Assembly: GCA_000182565.2 (NCBI GenBank)
Contig: KQ257455.1
Strand: one strand, 5' to 3'
Origin: Spizellomyces punctatus DAOM BR117
Taxonomy: Eukaryota
DNA length: 64,000 bases
Shown here: piece after piece, positions 50,938-64,000 of the stretch
Layout of the letters: the number at the start of each line of letters is the position of its first letter
How positions within the stretch are numbered: the stretch's first letter is position 1
Made by a program: the position numbers and the translations under genes
Notes under the pieces: generated by a model
Databases searched by the model: none
Seen by the model: only the letters and a program-made list of their open reading frames with translations
Told to the model about the DNA's origin: nothing

Positions 50938-52023
50938 CTATGCTTGTCTATCTAATAGCGATCTAATGTGCTTGTTGATGAATTGGCACTTCAAAGCTTC
51001 CGCTGGTAAATTCTTTGCGCCTGACACACGCTTGATGCACTAGAAGACCGGCCTATTTGAGATGCAAGCCAAATTATCACTAAACGTTGCCAAATACCAT
51101 ACCTGTGGTGCTCCACACCAGCAGTCGAAAGGTTGGCTCATATCCCATTCCGTACTGGGCCGACAGTAAATGAGATAACAAAATGATGGTACTATTAGCA
51201 GCGAGAACTCACCTTGGGTAGAAAAAGGTCGCTTCATCTCCCGGCTGGAATGGCAAAGGCATTAGCATCCTATATCGTGTACTTGCCCCGCAGCTATATG
51301 ACTTTTTTACCTGCAAGTCCCGAGCTGCAATCACTTCCAACGTTTCAACGTCAATAATGACAGAGGGATCGCAGGAGTGATTCTTTATTGGAAGGGTATA
51401 AAGGTCAATAATGAGCTTATGGTAAGAAGTCCTTAGTGTACAAATACCATAAAGACGAGCTCAGAGTTCAACTCGATGTGCTTATCCGCCGAAATTTGCA
51501 CAGATGACCACCTTTGGAAAGGGCGAGAAAAGACGATCAGAGAACTAGCATACAGACATAACTGTAAGTTGCCAAAATACCTCTTAAAGGCTTCATAGCA
51601 CCCTTCAATTTTAGCCATGACTTCCTTTGCCTGGAACGGGCGGAGCACAACCAACTTTGACTTGAAGTCCCCGTCCGCGCCACTGCGAACAATTTCGAAC
51701 CGGTCCGGGAATTTGAGGCTACATGCGACAGCCAAATGATGAAAGAACACATGAGCGATCGGCATGCATCTGGTTGAGGCTCAAGCCTCAGATGACGCGC
51801 GCAACTAAACCCTTGGCTTCTCCGCCGGAGGCTTGCTATATGGCATGGTACATGACTAATGAATATGCACGTCCAGTGTGCCAAAGACACAAGCGGGGTC
51901 TAGAGGGACCCGGGCATAAAGGCCAGAAACATATGTGCTCCAGTCCGGCAGACCAAAACTATGCCAACGGTGCCCAGCGTCGCCTATCGTGCCTTCATAC
52001 GCCAATACGTACCTTTCCACCAT
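50938..52023 (-). CDS. Small SET/post-SET domain protein
   Basis: HIELNSELVFMNHSCDP, GDEATFFYPSTEWDMSQPFDCWCG and CIKRVSG. The start exon is uncertain. Confidence 0.8.
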
Positions 52024-52650
52024 GGTGTGCAATGGTTGTCTGCTCTAGCCGTTGTTCGAGGTGATGGAAACAAAAAGTCAGTGCCAAGCACAACCTCCGC
52101 CAACCAACGCGATCGGAGTAGGAAATGAACGACCCCACGGAGATCACCCGAGGGAGATGGTTTGGAATGTGACTGTGCCATGCTTTTTTTTCACGTGATC
52201 GTACGATCAAAAGCTTCAATTCAGCCGAGATGGTTTCTGAAGCGCTGGTTTGAAGCCGGGCTTCTTCCTAAGGCTCTCCCGCATAGGCCGAGTTGACGCC
52301 AAGGGTCTTGCATGTATCGCACATTAGTTTCCTTGAAGGCGATCAACAGTAGTGATCATAATCGCTGTCAATGTGCGGATCAAAGCTGATCTCGTCAGGC
52401 GCATACGGTATTAACAGGCTGCCGGTGGATAGATGGCACTCCCTGAGAATAGTGTTGCGTGAAATTTACTCTCCAACTACGAAACAAGTATGCGTATCTC
52501 AACATGTTGAACGGTCATGTTAATTACAGCTATCGGGAAGTTTGATCGACGCTTACTAAGGGCTACTAATGTACTTGGTAAGCGAAGCACGTGGATACGA
52601 TCAAGCAACGGTTCAGCAGCGTTGGCTTGGTCATTCATCTTGAGCAAACC

Positions 52651-54497
52651 ATGTCAACCAACAGAACTTTCTGTCGGATTGCACCCAGGCCTGACTATAA
52701 CAGCTTATCTTCTTCTTTGAGTTTAAGCCAAAGCGGTCAAGAAACGACACTTTATGTATCATGTGACTGGAATTCTGTTAATAGTGCTTCGCGAAGCACT
52801 GCCGTCGCGTTTGAGTTGGGGATTACAGATGGCACGATCGTATGGCAACGAGCAGGTAAATGGCTCTTTAGACACTGCACAGGCCGCAAGCATTTGTTTG
52901 GCTAAAGGATTAAATCCGTTTATCAAAGTCACCATGGCGGATCTACGACGATGTCAACCTGAAGATATTTCTGAAGATGACTATCTGATGGCTACCAAAG
53001 CAGCTTTCGCAGGGCAGTCTGATCACAAAGGACAAAAAACTGGATGCTCAGTGAATACTGGAGACTTCACTGCTGAGGTTAGCGATAGTTAGGTGTGGTC
53101 TAACGTACCGGCCAGGGAGATACCATTGCGTGAGAGCTTACGTTTTCCAATGCCAAAGCTGTCCTGGTTTTTAATATTAGATGGTGGAATCAAGGTATTA
53201 TACTCTTTTTTTTGCACAAGCACCAAGTGTCACTGACGTAATAGTATCTTGCTCGCAGTTTGCGCTTGGCAGAATATCTCTGCCGTCTGTGTTAAAGGAG
53301 GAATGTAACGCAATATGGATAAAATGGATCGATGAATTGATAATCGATCGACAGGAGGCCTCGGTGAGGGCTGTCTCAGCACAAGTAACGACACAGCGCG
53401 GTCTGTTAATGGAACCTTACCATCACTATATAGGATCGAATCCAGAAATTGGAGGCAAAAGTTAAAGATCTGCAACAACAGCGAGCAGAGGTGTTGAAGG
53501 AGCATGATGTTTGGGTGAAAGAAAAGCGTGAAAAGGTTGAAAAGACAATCTACAAAAAGGTGGCCTCTTTCTCGAACGCCTCCTCCCTGCGACGATGCTT
53601 ATGACAACACTACCAAGTTCAAGGAGGTGCTGAATGCAAAGAAAGGCAAAATACGGGATCTAATGAAAGCTAATAAAGAACTCGGTAATTATGAACACAG
53701 CGTACTTCCGTTTTGCTTAGAGGAGAATAATGAACAGTTCCATGGTGACAGCAATGCGAATCGCAACCTCGGAGGAGGCGCTCAAGGTAGCTGCAAGTCG
53801 AGCCATCGACGCATCAAACACCGTAGAGCACGAAGGGGTAGATCGGTATGTCCGGTCCTTCAGGAAGCAACTTACGTTCATCAAATTAAAACGAAGTCCA
53901 AAGGGCCTTACACCCCAATCGGTTCAATGAAGCAGGCTCCCATTTGGCGGAATCTGGAGAATCAAGTTCTGATACGAGCGTTGACGCCATTGTGGGTCGG
54001 CCAGCGAAAAGGAAGAGAGGAGAGGACGGCAGTCATGACGCAAGGCAACAGCGGACACGCCAATCAACAAGCTCTACCACCGCACCATCTCATGGAGAAC
54101 AATTAACAGTCACAGCGCAAAAGGGCGAAGCAGATAAAGTAATCTCTGCTATTAGCTTAGATGACTCTGATGATACGGACGAGGGACCACCGGCTTTATT
54201 GGGTAATTTGGGTCTCCCAGATTTGAGAGGCAATGTGTATCGGACGACGTCAAGGTAAGATAAGATCCGCCCCTTTGTTACTATGGATAAACCCATTCGA
54301 GATTAACCCGCCATAGTAGAAGATTGGCACGTCCTGTGATGCCGTCAGCAGAAGCGGGAAAACCACCCGCAGCGGTCTTTCGGACACCGACTGCCATCGA
54401 GGGACGCCAGTCACGAACCGATCGCAGGACGGGATCGCGTGCACCATCCAATCTTTCAGAACAGGATTCGCCCGAATCGCTGCTACGAAAGATTTAA
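52651..54497 (+). CDS. XRCC4: XRCC4/Lif1-like NHEJ factor
   Basis: Head-domain strands FELGITDGTIVW and FALGRISL, a coiled coil with YKKFKEVLNAKKGKIRDL, and a disordered tail. Confidence 0.75.
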
Positions 54498-54620
54498 GTG
54501 ATAGGTCTGCTTAAATTAAAGTCGGGAATTTCATCTTGCACTGCAGCTTTCGTTGGTAAGGTATCATACTCTTCTGAAAATAATAATATGTATATACAAT
54601 GTTAACCTGTCCTCTTGGCA

Positions 54621-55474
54621 TCAGTCAATGTCCATGGGCCGCACCCCTAGATCCCGGTTGCCGTTGGTAGGCAAGTCGGTTGGAGCAGTGGGGGATGATT
54701 CTGCGGCAAGCACTACTGTTACCAAGAGTTTACTTTTCCGCCATGCAGACAACTTGTATACCTGGTGGTGATCCCTCGATAATCTCTTTTTCCTCAGTAA
54801 CAGACGGTACTCCATTTCCTTGTACAATTTCCATTGGGCTATCACGTATCACGCTAAAATGCAAAGGACTATCGGACGACGTAACCAGTAACACCTTGTA
54901 ATAAAGAATTTAGTTAGAAGCTCGGAAATAGCCCTGCGCTTGACAATATCTATACTAACCTTCTCCAAAGCTCGAAGATATTTCCACACATTCTTGTGGT
55001 GCTCGTTTGGTCGGACAGTCAATTCGCATAATCGCTGCACGGTAAACGGTGCTTCATCAAAAGTATCCAATGCCAGTCCGATACGGGTCTCATAGTCCTT
55101 CACAGAATCCCCTTTATCCGCCTCATCTTCTGATTCTCCCTTAAGGTTTCGACGGATCTTCAACTTTATGACTTCTTTCACCAGAGGCCAAGGCTATTAT
55201 CACATGTGCGTAAATATCAATCACATCAATTATCAGCTCTACAGTGATGCTTACATGCTCTAATTCGCAAGAGTCTGCTATTCTTGTCAACATATGATCG
55301 TATTCTATTATTTTTTGCGAGGCCAAGGGAAACGAGTAAGGCATAAACCTTTGAGTAACGGTCAACATGCGCTATTATGCAGCAAGGCCACGTACCAGAT
55401 TTCCATTCTTTTTCGCCCGCATCTTGCAGTTCGGACAGTGTAGGAGCTTCCGTATCGCTAACCATTCCCGTCAT
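54621..55474 (-). CDS. PPP4R2: Protein phosphatase 4 regulatory subunit 2 (PPP4R2/Psy4-like)
   Basis: FDEAPFTVQRLCELTVRPNEHH...YLRALEKVLLVTS. Confidence 0.85.
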
Positions 55475-55632
55475 CTGGGCCTGCAAGAGTTGCCGACTTG
55501 CGATCTGCGCAGCGTCATGAAGCCACATTTTCCACATTCGACTCGACCGATCCACCTGATCGAGTTCCGGTTCCAACAGCACTGTCCATTGAGCGTCGAT
55601 CAAGGGTATTGGTTCCCGATCACCGACAAAAG

Positions 55633-56060
55633 ATGAACCAACCTGGGCCAAAGTCACCTACAGACTTTCTCAACAATGTCATTGGACGACCAGTGATTGT
55701 TAAATTGAACTCGGGGGTGAATTACAAGGGTGAGTATAGCTAGCATGCACATGTGATGGCCAAGCAACTTACCGATATTCGGGCAGGTACCCTAGCATGT
55801 TTGGATGGATACATGGTAAGCGTTCGTGGCTCAAGTCCGCAAAAGCACAACACAGCACCGCTCAGACCCTGCTGCCACTTTCAGAATATTGCGCTTGAAA
55901 ATACGGAAGAGTACGTACACGGGGTGTTAAAGAACAAGTATGGGGATTGCTTCATTCGAGGGAATAATGGTGAGTATGTCTCACATAGTTTCTGAGTATC
56001 TTTGATGCTGAGCCATCTTTATTTGGGTGAGCAGTGCAATATATATGTGCTGCAAAGTGA
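55633..56060 (+). CDS. LSM6: U6 snRNA-associated Sm-like protein LSm6
   Basis: PTDFLNNVIGRPVIVKLNSGVNYKG / TLACLDGYM / NIALENTEEY...YGDCFIRGNN / VQYI. Four exons. Confidence 0.93.
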
Positions 56061-56181
56061 ACGCATCGGGGACGCTCGGTAGACGCAGGAATGATTCTGT
56101 GCGAGATGATCTAGCACGCTTTATGTCATTAATACAAGGAGAATTGTACATATTCTTTACGTCCATTCCTTCAAGCCCTGT

Positions 56182-59100
56182 CTACTTCCCTTCTCCTGAC
56201 TTTAAAGAATTGTTTTGAAGGCGCTCCACGGCGGCAGCGCCCTCGTCTATACGACGGAATTGCCATGTCCAGCCGGCGTTATAAAGGAAGGGCCTCAAAT
56301 CATATCGATTGTCGTCTGGCGAGTAAGGTGACATGTGATACGAGGGTGGCAAAATGGTGGTCTTGTGCCGATTGATGGAGTAGTAGAAGAAGAACGATTT
56401 CACTTTCTCAGCAATCTGGCCGAAAGGCAATGCTACAATGTTAGAGCGTCGATTTGGCGTCTTGCTCGCAGCCATCTTGAACAATCATACCTCGGTTGGA
56501 CGAAGACGATCACCCCATTCGTGAAGCAACTTAGAGAACATCCCGAAAGGCCCACATTTAGCCACTTTTCGCAATGTGCCGTACACCGAGAGCTCCTCAT
56601 AGGTCATCTTCATATCAACCTATGGCAAATTTAGTTCGGCATCTTTAAATGCATGTTGGGGCAAGTGCTATCTTACCTCGTCACCCTGGACGTACTCCTT
56701 GGTGATAGGTTCTAATTCAGCAGTCGGCGTAGCCTCTAGAAATCTTTGACGCCATTGAAGTTGTCTGTGAATCAAAGGTACGCAGACGGTTATATACTTA
56801 CTCTTCAAGGATATCTAGGCCGAGTTCAGTCTTGGCATATCCAAGGAATTTTCTCAAGTCGATTTTACTGATTCCCCCAATAGGATTGATGTCAGCACTT
56901 GAACAGTCATACTTGGTGAAGTAGCCTCGGAGTCTTCATTTTCGAAGGTTACTGAAATTGCGCGCCAACAAATACTAGTGATCAGGCTTACGTTTCGTCG
57001 ACATTGGCACTGCCGAGAACAAGTAGTGACCCAGGTCGGCCCCGTACCCACAGAAGCAGCTGAGCAAACATGTAAGCCAGAACCATTCTTGATCGTGCCT
57101 GATGATGTAAATTATTTAGTCCAACCTGCTCTCCGTTTCAAGTGCAGTGTTGCAATCACCTGTATATTTTGTAGAGCTAAATTTTCCGTTTCACTTCCGC
57201 CATGTACCTTGAAAATAGGACGTTTTCCAGTCGCTGTCTGGAAAACTGCTAGAAAGCCAGACACAACAGAATCCATGTTGATGTCCAAGTGGTAGCTGCG
57301 ATAGGAAGTTAGGAAATGCTGCGTTATGACGCTGACTGCACTGTTATACCTTCCCAGCTTGTCGGCAAGATGCTTCGCCCTGACCCGTGTCTCTTTGCTG
57401 GAATTTTCGGTTCCCATATAGCAAGTGTGAAAGATGCGCCTAAAGGAACGAGAGACGATGAGATTTCCGTTCCCTAAGCGAGATATCTCCTTTAACGTTT
57501 CCTCACCCACTCAGTTCTCTTGGATCCTCGGGAATATAATCTGAGTTGGTTTCACCAACTAGTCTTCTGGCGTCCGCAATAACCTGCTGGTCTGCCATAC
57601 AGTAATCAGCCAACTAGCTATATGTCTCTTGTCATCAGGAAGCTTACCTCCGTTTTGAGCAGCTTTGCAAACCAGGTCACACATTGAGTAAACAATGACA
57701 GCTGTAGAGCAACTGTCCAATCCGCCACTTAGAGGCAAAAAGAATCCCCCAGCCTTCGATCGGCGCAGATAATCCCATAGCCAGCATGCAGGACCGAGCC
57801 TTCAGGATAACGTGAGTGGTGTGATGTGATGAATTACATGATGAATTACATTGCATATACCGAATTTCTTCCTGCGGTGTGTGGTACCGCGGCGGGTGTG
57901 GTTTACTGGGCGGGCTTCTGATACCGTCTTTGAATATGTCGTGGGTTAAAGCAATATCCGCAAAGACTCGTGGGTATGCTGGGGCCTTCACCGCCTGAGA
58001 AGCGCGACTCGGTGCGTCCCCTCGGCGGGAGCGAACTTCTTCGATATCCATTGTTGCCGTGACAAGTTCCTGCAACGGAGAAAGTAAGCCAGTTGCCAGG
58101 CCAAGTTCAGGTCTGCTTCATACTTACGACATCCTTAAGAGAAAATTGTGTTCCCTGAGCCACGATCTCACCGTTCATGAGAATCAGCCCGCAGCCATCG
58201 TAATAAACGCGCTCTCCGTCACAGCCTTGCTGATTGGCGTAGAGATAGATACCTCCAGACTGTTACCGTCTTCGCATTAGATCATTACCGTGCAAATGCC
58301 TGAGATCCACTTCTAGCACCTTTTGCGTAGCTCCTTGAATTAAGTTGATCCGCGTGTGTAACTTCCGAAACTCATGGTGTGAACCACTACTGTTTGTAAA
58401 GATTTCGACTCCATCTAATGCTTGATGGGTGTGTGGACTGAAAGGGCGGTTGCTACCTTAGCTCTCCCCGGGCGCAGCATCTTACTCAATATTAAATCAA
58501 ATACCTGTCTGGTGTGAAGAGTTCTTCACAAAGCTCAGTTCCGAGGACAGTGCTAAACAAGGGAGTATGAAATCACTTGTTTTTGTGTAAGTACGAGCAG
58601 GCCAAAGATGGGTACATACTCTCTAGTCGAAATGACAGCATCTCCGAATGGAACAGTAAACTGTACATACCATCAAATCTAGCGCTAGCCGTCGTCGAAT
58701 ATAACTACTAAACGTACCTGGCCAGTGATTTCCTGAATGATACGGGGAAGATGAAAATCCTCCACCGTGCGGTACTTGCTCCATGACGCAAACCAGCGCA
58801 TTTCTCTGTAGTTTCCGTCATTGGCAAGGAACATCTTGGGCCTGATCAACAAGATCTTCGTGTTGAGGAACACTACCCGGCAGTTGTACTTGACGTCCTT
58901 GTGTACCACGGGCCTTTAGAAGGATAATAACATCATAAAAATGGTCAAGAGATCTTCTGCGGTGGTATCAATTGGTGACTATTACGTACATTCCGACATC
59001 AATGAGCATGTCTCGGCAGATTTCTGAAGTCAAGAGCTTGGCAAGCACTTCCCATGAGTGCAAGTATGTATCGCCTGTAATTATTTTGTTCAATTTATCC

Positions 59101-59461
59101 TCCTCGAATTTGGAAGCTGACCGGGCTCAATCTACCTTCATAAAAGTGATCATTGCAGCCGTATCCGCTTACAATACAGGTTAGACGGTTTAATATGGTA
59201 ATGCCGGGTTCAGCTTTTGACCGAAAAAGAGAGGTGTACAGAATATCTTACGTGATTTCGAGCTCAGGTCCCAAGCGGTAACGGGCACCGGCGTCCTTTG
59301 CCAGCTTTATGCTCTCCAGAATGCGCTCGTAGTTGCCCTGAAAGTCGAGGGCCCATTGGTTCTGTTTGACGATATTCAACCTGTCAGTTTCCTCGCGTCG
59401 CAACAAGGATGGCAAGCAGCCTTACCAGGACACATGTCGCGAGGGTAACGAAATGTCCCAT
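56182..59461 (-). CDS. QNS1: Glutamine-dependent NAD+ synthetase
   Basis: [74 protein letters not shown] and [14 protein letters not shown]. Confidence 0.96.
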
Positions 59462-59773
59462 TGCTCTTATGGCCTATTGCTGATTAAAACCAGATGTGTA
59501 GCGAAATCCAGGCCGTTACGTCAAGAAGGTCGCGCTCAATCCCCGATCGACCAGCTTTAGCATGGCTGTGGCAGGGTGTGGCTGGGTACTGGCAGTAGGC
59601 TCGCCTTTCGACTTGAGATCAGCTTCCCCACCACTCCCTTCTCCATCTTTTCCCCCAGGCTTGGCCGCATACCCACGGTATATTTTCGTCCTGCGAAGGT
59701 CCTGCCGTCCTTGTACACCCGCTTCTTCGTACTTTTGAAGCGCCCTCATTGGTCAGTTCGTTGCTCAAGTAGC

Positions 59774-62700
59774 ATGACATTGGACGTGGGATCTCCTCTG
59801 CCTAAACAGGTGGTACATGCCTCTGCGGCCTATCCTGTCAAACTCTTGCCCCCGATTCCTGCAGGACCCAGGTTTTCGGAGGAAGAGCACTTGTTGCTCC
59901 TCGAAGGAATAACCCAAGAACTATCGACCCTTCTACGCCTTCCTTTTGCCATTTTCTGGAGCGCGGTTCTTCACCCACAATACCCTGCCTATTCAGTGTC
60001 GTGCTTTCTTGACGCTTATTTTCGGTTGCGTCCGAATGACCCAGCGCTGGCGCAAAAGGTCTTTTATCTAATATGTCGTCTAACACTGGCACCAGAAGAA
60101 GCGGAAGCAGAGGAACGTCGGGAAGACGAGTTAGGATCAGCCGATGTGTCAGACGATGCAAAGGAGGCTCTCGAGTGGAGCATAGATCTTTGGCCGGACA
60201 TAGTATACACTAGCGGCCTCATTACATTGCCACGGCTGTTGGAAGTTGCGAGAGAGTTTGGCAATGCGAACACACCGGTACTACGGCATGCTTTCCAAAC
60301 CGTTTTGCACGTACAGCAGAAGCTATTAAAGGATCTGAATGTAGCGGTGGACATGATTGTAGGATCTGTCCATATATTTCAGAAAAAGTATGGAAAGCTG
60401 TCCAAAAATGCTGGGAAGGGCAAGGGAAAGGGAAAAGGCAAGTTTGAGGAAGAAGCGCCACATTATAGAACGGGGGCAAATACGAGCAGTGATGATCCCA
60501 GGGTGGATGCGGGAACTGTGAATGGAGACGCCATGCCAATACAGAGTCCCTCAGCATCGATTGAGCAGACGTACGATGCTGATTTCCTGTATGACGCCAT
60601 CCTAGACTTGCGCGCCTTCGTGTTGACAGGTGGAAGTACGGTCGCAAGGGTGGTTTTGTCGAACAAGGACTTTGTTCCCGCGTTGACCGACATATACCAG
60701 GTGGCCAACATCTTTACAGGAGCTGATAATCACAATAGCGACATTACAGACGATGGGAAAGCGTCAGGGAACTGGGATTCAACAGCAATCATGGATGTGG
60801 AAGGAGCGCTATCCGATAACGATGTAGCCATTGCCAGCCGTGCACGACGCTTGAAGGGTGCTGTCGTTGTGCTGCTGGAGGCTATAATACAAGTCGAGTT
60901 TCTAGAACCGATGAAGCTGGTGCCTACAGAGCCAGTTGACCTCAATCAAATATCCTTAGCAGACGTGCACAAGCGTGCGGAGTCCCTCTGTGATCTCGTT
61001 ATGCAACTACTGGAATTATCACCTTTTGACGGGCCTGTCACATTCCTGTGCTCGGCCCCGTTATTGGTTGACCTAGAGGTAGACTTTGGTATCTGCGATC
61101 GGCTAAAACAAATTCGGGAACGGTATATGAAAGACGAGTCTGACGCGCGATTGGATTACCTTGTCGTTTCCTTGGAACATCTGTTGACCTTCAGTGCCAA
61201 TGCGGAGGTGAAGCGCGTTATAGCAAATCGGAAACGAAAGCGAGTACAACAGCGCAAGGGCGAGGATAAAGTAGATGAAGCTGTAATTGACGGCGCAAAC
61301 GATGCAAATTTAGACGTATGTCGTTAGCTACGTCCACCGGTTCACCGGTTTGGGGTTGTTTACAAGGTTCATGGACTTTCCCTTGCGTAGTCAGAAGCAA
61401 TCAACGAAGACTTTATCAAACGCACGTTGCTTATTTCGCAAATCCAAGATCTGTTTTCGGATCTAGGTGAGGGCTTCATAGAGGTAAGTAAGATCCCTTC
61501 CCAAGAACCGTGCTGTTCGACTGATGCAATCGTGTCTTCGTAGGCCTGCTTGATTGCTTTCAATGACGATGTCGAAATGGTCATAATGAAGATACTCGAA
61601 AATGATTTGCCTGATTATGTGACCAAACTAGATCGCCAAATGCCGAGGTAATGTGATCCGTCCAGACACAGTCTTGGTAGTGTATCTATAACAGATCTGG
61701 ACCTTTCAGAACCGCGCCGATTACTGAACCTGTAAGCAGCGAAGCGGTGTCATCCGCCAATGCTTCAACGGAGGAATCTATTCCCAATGAGGAGGTGCCA
61801 GAAGAACCTAGTCTTCTCGCCACGCGTCGTAATGCCTTCGACGGTGATGAATTTGATGTCTTCAGCCGTGGGCATGTGGACTCTGAAAAAGTGATCTTTG
61901 GAAAAAAGGAGTGGGTACAATACAGTAATCGAGTCGGCTTAAACTAATTCTCGGGCTACAGGAGGACCAACGGAGTACTGAATGACAAGTCGTTTGTGCA
62001 GGAACAGCGGGAGGCCATCCTGGCAGCTCAATACGACGATTACGACGACGAGTGAGTTCAACCTGACTGACATGCAATTGGCTAGTGTCATCTAATCACC
62101 TGGATTGAAACCAGGTACGACGATACATATGACGCAAGCGAGATCAAACTGGCTGGCACCATCGAGCTTCACCTCGTTGATGAGGAAGAAGGGGTGGTTG
62201 AAGACGGAAGGCCACGGCAGGCAGTGCCAGTGGACGAACCATCAGATCCATTTGCAAAGCATGAAGCCGAGCTCGTAGCGATATACCAGAGTGATCGACA
62301 ATTATTTGATAAATCCCAGCGGAAAAGCCCAAAGAGACTCGAGCTGAGGAAACGAACTGGATATTCGGATGAACAGCTGGAAGGCTGGTTCACCATGTTT
62401 GAACGAAATGTATGTAAAGTTCATTCTCCGAAGTCGACAGAACTAGATACTGACTTGAGGATACAGCCACGAAAGAACAGAATTTTAGAAAAATATGCAT
62501 GGCGGGGTAACAGAGCTGGTGATGTAGAGGAGGCGCGCGGTGCGCCAGATCAGATTCGAAGTCCGCAACATGGAAATGGTTCATCAAACAACATAGATCG
62601 AGAGGAACGGGCAGGGCAAGGAGGAACAAGTACTGGAAATCGGGGGAGCGCTGGCGATTCTGTACAGGGAAAACGGGGTGCAGGTGTCGGGCGGGATGGA

Positions 62701-62835
62701 ACAGGGTTTCCCCATGGCGCGCCCTTGGAACGACAACGGGCACGGAAGGAAAAGAACAAAGGGCGTGGGGCTAATCATAGCAGAAAAGACGGCCATGCGA
62801 GAAAATTGGGACGCGGCATGGGTGGGCCGTTGTAA
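59774..62835 (+). CDS. CUE3: ASCC2/Cue3-like CUE-domain protein
   Basis: ISQIQDLFSDLGEGFIEACL (CUE), RRNAFDGDEFD, YDDDYDDEYDDTYD, GYSDEQLEGW and RKEKNKGRGANHSRK. Confidence 0.88.
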
Positions 62836-62926
62836 TTACTGAGAGTTGCAAGCACAAAGGAAGCGGAACGCATCAACGCGCTTGTGTATCCATTTTGTAA
62901 AATATAATCGCAATCAGCCTGTCGTT

Positions 62927-63500
62927 CTACAGTGTCGAGATGGAATTCAATGGAACCATATACTCGCTATCACGACGCCTAGTGCGTTGCCGGCGCGCAG
63001 CCATATACCGCCAAAGAAGGTCGCAAAACATTGCGGTAACTAGACCCGTACACATCCCGTAAAGGTTTGCCTAGTAGCACACATATGTATAAAGATCTAG
63101 AGTCCAGATAGTTTGAGCCAATTTGCAACCTACCAATATGTCCTTTCCATCAAAGTTCCGATACGGTAGGAGTCCTTGAATGATTTCACTTCCACCGGCC
63201 AGAGTCAGCATACAGACTGCTGTCATTCCAGCATTTTTCAAGATTGTTGGAAATTCAAAAATAAAATACACAACAAGGGTCAAGAGTGCAAAACTCGTGA
63301 AATGAAGAAGTTTGTCATTATTGCGAAAAACTCTAGGTATGTATGGTGCGACAGACGAAGAAGGATTCTAAGATGCACTCCACATGTTAGGGTTGTAAGA
63401 TAGAACACACCTGAGAACGAACTGGCAATGCCCTCACCAAGCCCAGAATGGCAAGTACGCCCAAGAGGAAGATGCATAAAATGGCACAACTGAAGCGCAT
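62927..63500 (-). CDS. VanZ-like small membrane protein
   Basis: NDKLLHFTSFALLT and GSEIIQGLLPYRNFDGKDILANL. Three exons. Confidence 0.8.
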
Positions 63501-63695
63501 TGAATTGGGCCCTAACGGCCGCTGCTTCCAGACGTGCAACGCCTGCTCTACGGAAGCCAACAAAGAAGGATGGATGCCCGCATACACGCCGCAGCTGGAA
63601 AGCCGACAAGACAGGCGAACGGTTTCGTAAGCCATGACGCACGTGATACAGTTGCTTTGGAAGATCCAAGTGGAAATAGGTTGTCGATCTCGGCC

Positions 63696-64000
63696 ATGTT
63701 TCCATTACTTGACGCTGCACTGAATTGGTCTTCTACGCCCTCCCCTTCATCCTCGGTTGATCAGTCGGCTGGTCGCTTTGTTCTTATAACCGATGTAGTC
63801 CGAGCAGATGGGTCATTCCTCCTGCACCACTTTATTGGCCGACATTTACGCATTGAGGAAGGGCCTGGGTGGAATGTGGTGCTTGTGGGACTAGCACAGG
63901 CATTCAATCACTATCTGCTAATTGGCAAGAAGCTGGTATAACGAGAAATCTGTATTGCTTCATGACTCTGAGTTTGACGCCACGAAATAATTGTAGGGTG
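63696..64000 (+). CDS. ELP6: Elongator complex subunit 6 (5' part, truncated by window end)
   Basis: FVLITDVVRADGSFLLHHFI...VVLVGLAQAFNHYLLIGKKL. Confidence 0.8.

Noticed and set aside
57827-57851. Tandem TGATGAATTACA in a QNS1 intron resembling snoRNA box C
   Set aside because: It is antisense to the host transcript, the intron is too short and no box D is paired. Likely a slippage duplication.
12948-64000. Apparent cluster of translation and RNA quality-control genes (SUP35, TPA1, LSM6, CUE3, ELP6)
   Set aside because: They are spread over 50 kb among unrelated housekeeping genes, consistent with chance.

Overview
Gene-dense, intron-rich eukaryotic DNA with mostly ~55-90 nt GT-AG introns and many head-to-head gene pairs. 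The gene content looks fungal, most likely an early-diverging fungus such as a chytrid (inference). About 28 protein-coding loci can be supported. Recognisable housekeeping genes are SUP35/eRF3, ISU1, LYS9, MAD1, STE14/ICMT, RIB7, TPA1, a STE11-like MAPKKK, XRCC4, PPP4R2, LSM6, QNS1, CUE3/ASCC2 and ELP6. Transporters include an OPT, a P-type II ATPase and a NIPA-like protein. An alpha-arrestin, an RRM protein, an RGS protein and a SET protein are also present. No rRNA, tRNA, CRISPR or intact transposon was recognised. The most unusual signals are: (1) a tandem ICMT in which a degenerate copy with the same intron phases splices in frame into an intact copy; (2) a small two-TM protein with DEG/ENaC/PAC-like motifs, divergent from an atypical P-type II ATPase; (3) an RGS protein with six K-L-x-x-F/L-F/L-G repeats, one nearly identical to the regulatory motif of the Ste11-like kinase in this window; (4) a secreted mucin-like protein with an eight-cysteine domain; and (5) a scrambled, duplicated and partly inverted pseudogene near 4.0-5.8 kb. 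Exon boundaries were inferred by eye and family names come from motif recognition, not database searches.
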